Source of the DNA: Eledone cirrhosa
Lineage: Eukaryota
Direction: 5' to 3'
Assembly (NCBI GenBank): GCA_964016885.1
Contig: OZ024740.1
Coordinates: forward strand, 174,158,001 to 174,222,000
Length of the DNA stretch: 64,000 bases
The position numbers were made by a program, and so were the translations under genes. Under the pieces are notes generated by a model, which ran no database searches, had not been told where the DNA came from, and was given only the letters and a program-made list of their open reading frames with translations. Positions 27,126-42,088 of the stretch are shown here, in pieces; positions within the stretch are counted from its first letter, which is position 1, and every line of letters starts with the position of its first letter.

Positions 27126-27240
27126 TAATAAGAGGAATTCCAACTTTGTCTGATTTACTCGTTTTATTTACAATCCTTTAAAATTTATAATGGTATTATA
27201 ATGAAATAGTATGATAGAATATTAAATTCTAAGTGTTAAT

Positions 27241-27279
27241 TGAACAAGTACTTTCATGCTTTCGCAATCTTCAGGTTCA
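27241..27279 (-). ncRNA. Minimal type-I hammerhead (mirror copy)
   Basis: Reverse complement of 27348-27386. Confidence 0.8.
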
Positions 27280-27347
27280 TAATTGTGGTGACAGTCAAGT
27301 TTGCAATTTTCAGTTGAAAATTGCAAACTTGACTGTCACCACAATTA

Positions 27348-27386
27348 TGAACCTGAAGATTGCGAAAGCATGAAAGTACTTGTTCA
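27348..27386 (+). ncRNA. 39-nt minimal type-I hammerhead
   Basis: tgaac-CTGAAGA-t-tgc-gaaa-gca-t-GAAA-gtac(palindrome)-TT-gttca. Confidence 0.85.
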
Positions 27387-27749
27387 ATTAACACTTAGAA
27401 TTTAATATTCTATCATACTATTTCATTATAATACCATTATAAATTTTAAAGGATTATAAATAAAACGAGTAAATCAGACAAAGTTGGAATTCCTCTCATT
27501 AATATAATCTTCTATACACAATCATACACACCCGTGTATATTTATCTCTCTCTCTCTATATATATATATCCACTAGCCAAATTACCCGCGCCTTGCTGCG
27601 TTTCACTCATTTCTTTTGTACGAAAATGATGATTGATTTTAAATCAGTGATATAATTTATGGAGAAAAACTCTGCATTACTCAATGTAAAATGTAATGCA
27701 TGAAAAATTGGAAAACATTATTTTTTGTAATATATCAAATCAAAATTAT

Positions 27750-27935
27750 GCGGTGGATTGGCAGTATCGGTAGAGGGTCGGACGCCATGCTTTCCAGCAT
27801 AGTTACGTCCCTTTACCATCTGAGTTCAAATCCCGCCGAGGTTGACTTTGCCTTTCATCCTTACGGGGTCGATAAAATAAAGTACCAGTAATGGACTGGT
27901 AATTGCTGGCCTTGTGCCTAAAGTAGAAACAATTA
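27750..27935 (+). mobile_element. SINE (family 2) nested in the Helitron
   Basis: Homologous to 24339-24515; B-box-like gagttcaaatcc. Confidence 0.85.
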
Positions 27936-28289
27936 TATTATTAAATCTTATTCTTATTTTGTTTCTTGTAAATAATTTTTTTCAAAATATCAATTCAAAA
28001 CTTGATCATCTCATTTTTGTGTAAAACATTATTTTCAAATTAGAAATTCAAAGTTCAATTATTTATTTTTTAACATAATAAATACATGAACATATATTTC
28101 ATACTTTGTCCTAATGAAGAACTTCAGAATAAACAAGGTGCTTTTTGTTGATTTACGTTTAATTAATAGAAAAACCCTATGATAATAGAGGTTCCAATAC
28201 TCAAGTTATGGGCTTCCAAAAATTTCACTATAGGGGGTTGATTTTCACCATAGGGGGTTGATAGGCTAAAATGTAGAGATTCTTTGAAA

Positions 28290-28555
28290 CAGCCACATGA
28301 AACATGCCATGACTGAAACGGGTTTGTCAGATCTATACCAATAGTTTTGAAAGTTTGACCTTGACTCTTATTGATGCTCATGGCAAAGCTTGGCCTCACT
28401 GGGAACTGCAGCCTCTTAAATGTAAAAGGCAACTCGCTATCACTTGGTATAAGTGGAATCCTCGGAATGAGAAGAGCTTGACCTTTGTAAGTCCCGAATA
28501 TAATGGTTGCTTCAATCAAGTTCTCATGCAATCTCGTTACAACACATCTTGTTCC
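28290..28555 (-). pseudogene. Helitron RepHel (PIF1-like helicase) fragment
   Basis: LLIPRIPLIPSDSELPFTFKRLQFPVRPSFAMSINKSQGQT. Confidence 0.9.
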
Positions 28556-28865
28556 ATTTATTGGCCAACATTTTCACTATAGGGGTTTAACCGCCATTAG
28601 GGTGCCTTATTATTATTGAAATTTGCTGAAATTTTGTGAATAGGCATCATATCATGTCATTTACCTATGGTTTAAATTTCATATAAATCGAAGGGAAAAC
28701 ATTTTCAGCGCGTGTTTGTACCCCCGGGGAACCCTTTGATTAAATGAAATATAATTATCCAAGACCCTGGGCAATGTAGTTTCAGAATATATATGGTTAT
28801 GGGAGCCTATCTCCAAAACCATAGGAGGAGTTCGTGTTCAAACAAACAAACAGACAGAAACTACA

Positions 28866-29011
28866 ACTTAGGGTAGTAGAGTGGGAAAAAGGAAAAAAGT
28901 ATGACCCCGACGGCAGAGTTAAAGCCGTTTCGACGGCTATTTCTGGACTAAATAGTCCAGAAATAGCCGTCGAAACGGCTTGAAGTCTGCCGGCGGGGTC
29001 ATACTTTTTCC
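28866..29011. repeat. 120-bp hairpin built from two inverted hammerhead 3' halves
   Basis: Arms 28891-28950 and 28953-29011 around ggacta-aa-tagtcc; each arm reads gccgtc-GAAAcggc...gcc(GTC)ggggtc; same family as 1189-1312. Confidence 0.8.
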
Positions 29012-29039
<28 letters not shown>

Positions 29040-29042
<3 letters not shown>

Positions 29043-29245
29043 AAAACAAAATGGTGTAGGACAGAACAAAAGAGGGACACAAAATAACAAAAGTCACAGA
29101 ATGTGTGACGAAGGAGCTTTTACAATAAATAAACAGCCATCTGGTTATTAAACCAGCCAACCGGAAATTTGTAATAAATTAAAGTGAAAACCACAGGCGT
29201 GTGTGTTTTTGTTATTGGCAGCATGAACCTCCCAAAGTATAACAA
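29040..29245 (+). mobile_element. Dispersed pLTR-like repeat (family of 8580-8885)
   Basis: Shared sequence; retains gtcaca-gaatg-tgtgac-gaag-gagc-tt, a decayed HHR 3' part. Confidence 0.65.
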
Positions 29246-29270
29246 TATATATATATACATACATACATAT

Positions 29271-29358
<88 letters not shown>

Positions 29359-29427
29359 AAAAAGAGATGAAATCGAAAATGCAACTGAAGTCTTATTTTT
29401 TTAAAAAATATATATATTTATTTGGTT

Positions 29428-29465
29428 CCTTTACCGGTTTCGCAGTTCTTCTGCTTTTCAAAAGG
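29428..29465 (-). ncRNA. Hammerhead variant (mirror copy, U3-A8)
   Basis: Exact reverse complement of 29528-29565. Confidence 0.65.
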
Positions 29466-29527
29466 TGAGTTGAGATGGAGGGTCTGTGGTTTTTCTCACA
29501 AAACCACAGACCCTCCATCTCAACTCA

Positions 29528-29565
29528 CCTTTTGAAAAGCAGAAGAACTGCGAAACCGGTAAAGG
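29528..29565 (+). ncRNA. Minimal type-I hammerhead variant with U3-A8 core
   Basis: cctt-TTGAAAA-gcag-aagaa-ctgc-GAAA-ccgg(palindrome)-TA-aagg. Confidence 0.7.
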
Positions 29566-29949
29566 AACCAAATAAATATATATATTTAAAAAAAAAATAA
29601 GACTTCAGTTGCATTTTCGATTTCATCTCTTTTTCTTTATACTTTCACTCGTGTAGGACACCTCGGTTATTTTTCATTTTGTAAAAAAAAACCTCACTTT
29701 CTAATATATATATATATATATAACCCGTCTGTTGAGAACTCTAATTCGATATGTGATATTTTGTATTTTTACAACAATATACACTACTGAATTAATTCGC
29801 CTAATATAGGGGTTCCCTCCCTTGCTAGACCTCACGTGGATTTAGTAACGGGTTCCCTTGTATTTTTTTGAACGAAATGCCTGTTGAGAAAGTGGTTTCC
29901 TCGTTCATCATTCTACCAGAAGCCGGATATCTTTTATGTAAGCTGACGG

Positions 29950-30235
29950 TAACTGATTTAGGAGCCGCAGAAACCAAAATGCTAGAATTTATCATCCTTC
30001 TAGCGGGTCCAGGTAAAGATTTTTCATTCATATATATTATTATTTGTCTGACCCGAATTTTCTTGGTCGCTTTTTCGGCTGTGCGAATGATTTTATGCAT
30101 TATCTCAGTGTGTTGGTATTTAAACGTTAGTTATAGCTCTGGTTTATCCAAACTATTGAGCACTTTGCCACACTTTTCGAAGATTGTGTTTCGTTATTTC
30201 GTGGGTCGAGATTCCGATTCTCGATAATTTATTTG
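29950..30235 (-). pseudogene. Possible degenerate PLE ORF N-terminus
   Basis: GKVLNSLDKPE...HKIIRTAEKATKKI...YMNEKSLP resembles PLE N-termini; weak. Confidence 0.35.
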
Positions 30236-30295
<60 letters not shown>

Positions 30296-30699
30296 CAAGG
30301 TCTAGCAAATAGAGAAAATGTTTTAAAATAAATTTTAAAAAATTCGCAGTACTTACTATATGTGCCTTTACCGCGGGTTTCATGCTCCAGAATAAACGGA
30401 AAATCTAAGCGGATTTCCATTGAGAAGCGAGCAATCTTCAGGGGGCTCTGTTCCCTCGGAGTATATAAAATTCCCGAGTTCAAATCACAAACTGACGCCG
30501 TACAAAACCATTCCGAAATGAGAGCGAATGATGAAAGAAATAATTCTGTCTGGTGCCGTGTGCAAAGACAAAAGGCAGGGTGGACAGGTCAATGTCCTGC
30601 CACTAGAAATAGCAGCAGTCCAAACGGCCAATATTTTATCTCTACCTTAGGGGGAGATCAATAATAATAAAGTATGAATTCCTAGATGTAAAAAATACA

Positions 30700-30852
30700 T
30701 ATAGGGAAACAAGTATTATCCAACCGTACCACCATAGAACCACATTGGCATACGGTTAGATATACTTTTCCTATTTCCCACTCTACTACCCTAAGTATTG
30801 AGTACTCTGGTGCGTTATGGTCCATCTGGTTCCTTACCACAATTCCTTTGTT
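30700..30852 (+). mobile_element. Fragment of the 1189-family repeat with a 5' inverted remnant
   Basis: Shares ccactctactaccctaagtattgagtact..ggtgcgttatggtcca with 1238-1300; imperfect inverted repeat 30701-30728 / 30751-30774. Confidence 0.65.
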
Positions 30853-30856
30853 ATAT

Positions 30857-31015
<159 letters not shown>

Positions 31016-31028
31016 CATATATATATAT

Positions 31029-31224
31029 ACGTTATTCCGGGTTGAATCGGAGGTAACCACAGTAAGTAAGGTACTCAATACATTGCAGACTATAACAGTT
31101 TTAATATAGATGATATTCTACAGGAATAGAACTGTTTCATTCTTTAGAAATCATCAGGATTCCTGATGATTTCTAAAGAATGAAACAGTTCTAGTCCTGT
31201 AGAATCTCATCTATATTAAAACTA
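31029..31224. mobile_element. Solo foldback pLTR of PLE family A
   Basis: Same acgttattccgggttgaatcggagg end as 13421 and 33712; folds back at tcatcagga-t-tcctgatga (centre ~31160); no ORF. Confidence 0.9.
31158..31206 (+). ncRNA. Type-I hammerhead (family A)
   Basis: gattc-CTGATGA-tttctaaagaat-GAAA-cag..ctg-TA-gaatc; an opposing copy at ~31113-31160 (-) has a weakened stem I. Confidence 0.85.
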
Positions 31225-33712
<2,488 letters not shown>

Positions 33713-33795
33713 CGTTATTCCGTGTTGAATCGGAGGTAACCACAGTAAGTAAGGTACTCAATACATAGCAGAGTATAACAGTTTTAATATAGATG

Positions 33796-33846
33796 AGATT
33801 CTACAGGACTAGAACTGTTTCATTCATTAGAAATCATCAGGAATCT
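33796..33846 (-). ncRNA. Type-I hammerhead (family A, sense to element)
   Basis: agattc-CTGATGA-tttctaatgaat-GAAA-cagttctagtcctg-TA-gaatct. Confidence 0.85.
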
Positions 33847-34306
33847 GGGTATCAAAAAATAAATATGGTATTTATAGGTCTCTACAAGTGGTAGGAGAGG
33901 GTGGGGAGTGGGATGGGTGCAGGTCATTGGTTGATAGAAAAGGGAATTCATTAAAAGCTAATTCTACAAAGCTATAGTTAATTTTTATTTATATTTATTT
34001 ATGTTTTTAAAGTAACAAAGGCAGACAGAATTCTATAAACAGGTTCCGGATGGCATACCATTCCTTGTCAATAAGTTTCTCTTAAGCTAACAGATGTCTA
34101 TAAAATCAGTGGGGGGTCAGTCATGCTCGATAGAATTAAAGAAAAGGGAGATTCTTTAAAAGCTAAAGTCATTAAGGTTCTACTAAGTGACAATGGTCTA
34201 GGGAATTCTGCAGACAGATTCAAAATACTGAGTGCATATCTTACTATTATCTTCGAACTTCTCTTAAACTAATCAACAATATGCCAAAATCAACAGACAC
34301 ATTCAC

Positions 34307-34585
34307 AAAAAAACAAAAAAAACAAAAAAAACAAAAAAACAGAAAAACAAAAAAACACACATAAAAAACAAAAAAACACACATAAAAAACAAAAAAACAC
34401 ACATACTCACTCACACACTTACGCGCAACCATAAACACACACACAAACACATATACACACATAAAAACACACACACATATATAAAAAATATATAAATATA
34501 TACAAATATATATTCATGTACACACACATACATACACACATACATACATACATACATATATAATACATATACACATATACATACG

Positions 34586-34635
<50 letters not shown>

Positions 34636-34702
34636 CACACATACACACACACACACATATATACATATATATATACATATATATATATATATAAATATAT
34701 AT

Positions 34703-34761
<59 letters not shown>

Positions 34762-35020
34762 GATACACACACACATACACATACATACACACACACACAC
34801 ATATATACACAAATAAATACACTCACACGCATACATACAAACACGAGTATACATATGTATAAATATCTATACACACACACATACACACACATATATATAT
34901 ATATATACATATATACACATATACATACACATATATATACACATATATATATACATATATATATATATATACACATACATACACACATATATATATATAT
35001 CTCTATACACACACATACAA

Positions 35021-35056
<36 letters not shown>

Positions 35057-35159
35057 ATACATACACAAACATACACATACATACACAGACCTATACATAA
35101 ATATACACATATATATACAGACATATAACGCACATATACACACACATATATATATACAT

Positions 35160-35222
<63 letters not shown>

Positions 35223-35342
35223 CATATACATACATACACACACACATACATATATATATATATACACACACACGCGCGCATACACACATACACACACCCA
35301 CACACAAAATATATATACACACACACACTCTCTCTCTCATGC

Positions 35343-35375
<33 letters not shown>

Positions 35376-35625
35376 CACACACATACATATACATACATAC
35401 ATACACATACACATATATATATATATACATATATATACATATATATATATACATATGCATATACATATACATATACATATATACATGTACATACATACAC
35501 ATACACACATATATGTACATATACACTCACAAATACACACACATACACACATATATACATATACATACACACAAACACATACATATACACATATATATAT
35601 ACACACAAACATATACACACATACG

Positions 35626-35669
<44 letters not shown>

Positions 35670-35680
35670 TACACATACAT

Positions 35681-35775
<95 letters not shown>

Positions 35776-35962
35776 CATACACATACATATGCATATATAT
35801 ATATACACACACATATATATATATATATATACATACACATACACACATACATATATATATATACTCACGTTCATATACATACATATACACACACACACAT
35901 ACACGCATATACTTATATACATACAAATACACACACATACACATATATATACATATATATAC

Positions 35963-36038
<76 letters not shown>

Positions 36039-36088
36039 CTGCCCACACTATCATATACATATATATATATGCATACATACACATATAC

Positions 36089-36159
<71 letters not shown>

Positions 36160-36284
36160 TATACATATATATATATACATATACACACACACACACACGC
36201 ACACACATACATACATACATACACACTCACACATACATATACATATATACATATACACACATACACACACAGATACATATACAT

Positions 36285-36334
<50 letters not shown>

Positions 36335-36398
36335 ATACATGCACACATACATACATACACATGCATACATATATACATATATACATATACACACATAC

Positions 36399-36443
<45 letters not shown>

Positions 36444-36578
36444 TACATATACACACATATATATACACACATATACACACACATACATACATACACACAT
36501 ACACATACATATACATAAACTTACACACACACATACACACGTATACATACATACATACATACATACATACACATACAT

Positions 36579-36657
<79 letters not shown>

Positions 36658-36972
36658 CATACATATACACAAACACATACATACATATACATACATAAAT
36701 ATACACACATAAAACACATATACACACAAACATATATATATACACATACATATACATAAATATATACACATACATATACACACATATATATACATATATA
36801 TACATACATATATATATATATATATACATATATATATACATATACATATATATACACATATATACATATATATATATACATACACATATACATACATACA
36901 TACATATACACAAACACATACATACATATACCTACATAAATATACACAGATAAAACACATATACACACAAAC

Positions 36973-37061
<89 letters not shown>

Positions 37062-37150
37062 ACACATACACATATACACATATACAAACAAATATATACA
37101 CATACAAGCAAATAGGTACTCAATAAATATACGCATATACACAGGCACAT
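34307..37150. repeat. ~2.9-kb (CA)/(TA) compound microsatellite
   Basis: Directly visible. Confidence 0.95.
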
Positions 37151-37284
37151 AAAGACACCTCTACAGGCAGAAAAAGTAGATACGAAAGAGGTACTCACAT
37201 GACCATAGTGGCCGTATTTCAGGTTGCGGAGGGGTGGGGGTAGGGTGGGGAGGAGGTATAGGGGCCAATAGGGGGAGGTCGTTT

Positions 37285-38772
37285 TTAGCCATCGGGCTTT
37301 AACACTGGCTTAAAGTGTTTGAATGTTGCAAAGTTCTTGTGCATGCAGTTCGGGCAGTGTTCAGAGAGTTTGTTCAGTAGCGGGCCCTTGGCGAATAAAA
37401 TTTCGTAGCTCTCTGAGATACAAAGGTCGCAGCCCTTGTGTTCTCCGTTGTAAGAGCGCGCTTTCTGGAGTATTTTCCAATTAAGCGTGAAGGGGGTGGA
37501 GTTCCTTTTGAGGTCCCAAACGTAGGAGGCGAGTGTTGTTTGATTTGATTTATCCGGTCTTCTGAAGGAGTGGGTATGGGCATACCAGCGGGTCTTAAAG
37601 GTGTTGGAGGTCATGCCGATGTAAGTTTTTTTGCAATCCTCGGTGCCCGAGATGACATCGCATTTGTATACGATGTCATTTGTGAGGCATTTGTTTTCTA
37701 GTGGGCATGCTTCCTTATTTAGGCAATTACATAGAGCCCCAGTCCGGGGATTGGTTTCGGAGGTGGTTGGCTTATTTAGTTTAGAGTTGTGGTTGGCTAT
37801 ATTCCTAGCTAGGTTAGGTGTGGTGGAGTAAGACAGTCTTATAGTGTTCTTATTAAAGATGGTGTAGTACCTATGTTGTATGGGGAAGTGTAATTTCAGT
37901 AAAGTGAAGAAAATCCTAGCTATCGGAGTAGATACCTCTCTATTGAAGGGAGGGTTGTACCAGCTAATCTGCCTATGTCTATTCCTCCTCTGCAATTTTG
38001 CGGTGGTTTCTAGGTAAGTTATCTTATCTTTAAATCCGCTACGGTCTAGGGCGTCATTGTAGTAGGAGGCAGATGCATTAAAAATATCTTTGTTGGCGGA
38101 GAGGCCAGATATTCTAATAGAGACGCTTTTTACTAGGTTATCAGTAATGTTTTGGGGGTGGTTTGAATTAACATTAATATATTTAAGGGACTCGTTAGGT
38201 TTGTGGTACGGGTAATAGAGGAAAGTACCTAGGTCGAGAGTGACATCTAAGAAGTTGGCCCTAGTCAAATTAGAATCTATAGTTATACTAAATCCTAGAT
38301 TAGAGAAGAAAGAGCTTAAGTTTTTCCGAAACCCATCGGTGGTTCTGGGGCTAACCTTATGCAGGGCGAAGAGGCCGTCGTCTCGGTATAAACCTCCAGT
38401 TAGGCCGGTAAAGAGGTTCTTCAGGTTATGTAGGATGTACAGGCCCACAAGGTCGCTAATTTCAGCCGAGTCACTCGCCCCCATGCTAACGTCAAATGGG
38501 GTCTGAGATTTCTTGTTGATCCAGTAAGATCCATCGTGGTATAGAAAGGTCTTACGAGCGTGGAGGATAATAACTTGCTCGGCATCGGTAATGGTGGTAA
38601 AATTCCTGGCAAAGTTAATTGCGTCCTTCGGGAGGGGCTCCGAGATAGAGGCATAGTAGTTTTCTATGTCGAGTTGCAGGAAGCGAGTGTGGTGTTTATC
38701 GGGTAATTCTTGGAACCATGATATTGCCTCAGATGTTCTACTCCAGAGTGGAAGTGGTGAGGCCGCCCGCAA
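37285..38772 (-). CDS. PLE RT + GIY-YIG endonuclease (partial, uninterrupted 495 aa)
   Basis: FLQLDIENYYASI, FDVSMGA, GGLYRDDG, NFLDVTL, SNHP, CNCLNKEACPLENKC, IVYKC...YIGMT, CDLC. Confidence 0.9.
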   Translation of the reverse strand: MRAASPLPLWSRTSEAISWFQELPDKHHTRFLQLDIENYYASISEPLPKDAINFARNFTTITDAEQVIILHARKTFLYHDGSYWINKKSQTPFDVSMGASDSAEISDLVGLYILHNLKNLFTGLTGGLYRDDGLFALHKVSPRTTDGFRKNLSSFFSNLGFSITIDSNLTRANFLDVTLDLGTFLYYPYHKPNESLKYINVNSNHPQNITDNLVKSVSIRISGLSANKDIFNASASYYNDALDRSGFKDKITYLETTAKLQRRNRHRQISWYNPPFNREVSTPIARIFFTLLKLHFPIQHRYYTIFNKNTIRLSYSTTPNLARNIANHNSKLNKPTTSETNPRTGALCNCLNKEACPLENKCLTNDIVYKCDVISGTEDCKKTYIGMTSNTFKTRWYAHTHSFRRPDKSNQTTLASYVWDLKRNSTPFTLNWKILQKARSYNGEHKGCDLCISESYEILFAKGPLLNKLSEHCPNCMHKNFATFKHFKPVLKPDG

Positions 38773-39168
38773 TAATGGTAGAACTCTATCCAGGATCTTC
38801 TTACTGATAGAGCCGATGTCAGAACGAGTGGGGTTGATAAGTCTGACTGATGGTTTGTTGAGGAAATTTCCCTTATGGTCCTTCAGGGTAAAGTGCGGGG
38901 TCTTTACCCTTAAGGTTCGGTTCGGTCATGTAATTTAAGGGACTTGGCGATTTCTTTTCCGGCCGCGTTTGTCTCATTCTGTCTGCCTTTGTTACTTTGT
39001 TACTTTAAAAACATAAATAAATATAAATAAAAATTAACTAAAGCTTTGTAAAATTAGCTTTTAATGAATTCCCTTTTCTATCAACCAATGACCTGCACCC
39101 ATCCCACTCCCCACCCTCTCCTACCACTTGTAGAGACCTATAAATACCATATTTATTTTTTGATACCC

Positions 39169-39219
39169 AGATTCCTGATGATTTCTAATGAATGAAACAG
39201 TTCTAGTCCTGTAGAATCT
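39169..39219 (+). ncRNA. Type-I hammerhead (family A, inverted pLTR)
   Basis: Mirror of 33796-33846, including the private taat loop variant. Confidence 0.85.
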
Positions 39220-39223
39220 CATC

Positions 39224-39331
<108 letters not shown>

Positions 39332-39360
39332 CATATATATATACATATATATATATATAC

Positions 39361-39393
<33 letters not shown>

Positions 39394-39418
39394 CATATAT
39401 ATATACATATATATATAC

Positions 39419-39449
<31 letters not shown>

Positions 39450-39458
39450 CATATATAT

Positions 39459-39744
39459 GAGAGTATTGAAGTTTGCTTGAAGCATTGTGGAACAATAAGT
39501 AAATATTTATAAGTCGTTTGGAAGCCCCGACAATGCAAATGGATAAATCTCCGGGTAACAAGGTCCGGTGGTGGAGAGAGAGATATGTAAGTGGGTGTAC
39601 GTTGAGATGCGTGGTGTGTATAAGATGTGTGAGATGTGTAGAATGAAGGGAAGAGTAAAAGAATAATAATAATAACAACACAAGAGAGAGAGTTACCTTG
39701 GGAGAGATTTAATAGTCCCTATATATTTCGGATTCACACCATCA
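39459..39744 (-). mobile_element. Solo pLTR of PLE family C
   Basis: Near-identical to 41422-41710 and 44748-45037; (TA)n on both sides. Confidence 0.9.
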
Positions 39745-41421
<1,677 letters not shown>

Positions 41422-41951
41422 GAGAGTATTGAAGTTTGCTTGAAGCATTGTGGAACAATAAGTAAATATTTATAAGTCGTTTGGAAGCCCCGACAATGCA
41501 AATGGGTAAATCTCCGGGTAACAAGGTCCGGTGGTGGAGAGAGAGATATGTAAGTGGGTGTACGTTGAGATGCGTGGTGTGTATAAGATGTGTGAGATGT
41601 GTAGAATGAAGGGAAGAGTAAAAGAATAATAATAATAATAACAACACAAGAGAGAGAGTTACCTTGGGAGAGATTTAATAGTCCCTATATATTTCGGATT
41701 CACATCCATCAACTGGGATTTTTTCCGGGGTGGGGGAAAAGGTTGTCTGTCGGACAACTCGGAACGCGTCTTTCGCTGTCTGTTGATTTGAATATCTGAG
41801 GTATTCGGCCGAATGCGCCTGCGCGTGAAATGGGGTCGGTCGTACAGAGGTCAGCGGCCGAATGAGGGAGTAGGATGGCGCTAGCTGTCAGTCCATTCTC
41901 TGCCTGTTTGTTAAATGTTACTGTGTGTGTGCGTGTGTTGTTGTCTCGCTT

Positions 41952-41992
<41 letters not shown>

Positions 41993-42050
41993 TGTGTTGT
42001 TGCCTTGTTCATTTGTATTGGCAGTGTAGTATGTTCGTATTGTGGAATGC

Positions 42051-42088
<38 letters not shown>

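Larger units (their letters stand above)
27121..27506. mobile_element. Near-perfect 386-bp palindrome (2-nt centre), pLTR-type element
   Basis: Centre ttgcaattttca-gt-tgaaaattgcaa at 27313-27314; arms differ at only a few positions; starts in (TA)n. Confidence 0.9.
27573..28865 (-). mobile_element. Non-autonomous Helitron relic
   Basis: Minus-strand 3' end cgcagcaaggcgcgggtaatttggCTAG|t (subterminal hairpin + CTAG); internal PIF1-family helicase fragment; SINE inserted at 27750. Confidence 0.75.
29352..29703. mobile_element. Palindromic ORF-less pLTR-type element (~142-bp arms)
   Basis: Arms 29352-29493 and 29500-29641, loop tctcac; unpaired extension to ~29703; (TA)n flanks. Confidence 0.9.

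Noticed and set aside
28163-28531. Host PIF1 helicase gene
   Set aside because: A short frameshifted fragment without exon structure, inside Helitron-like termini.
34300-37210. The microsatellite tract as an intron (gtgagt donor on the - strand near 37195)
   Set aside because: There is no AG acceptor at the other boundary, and the sibling junction does not match the donor position.
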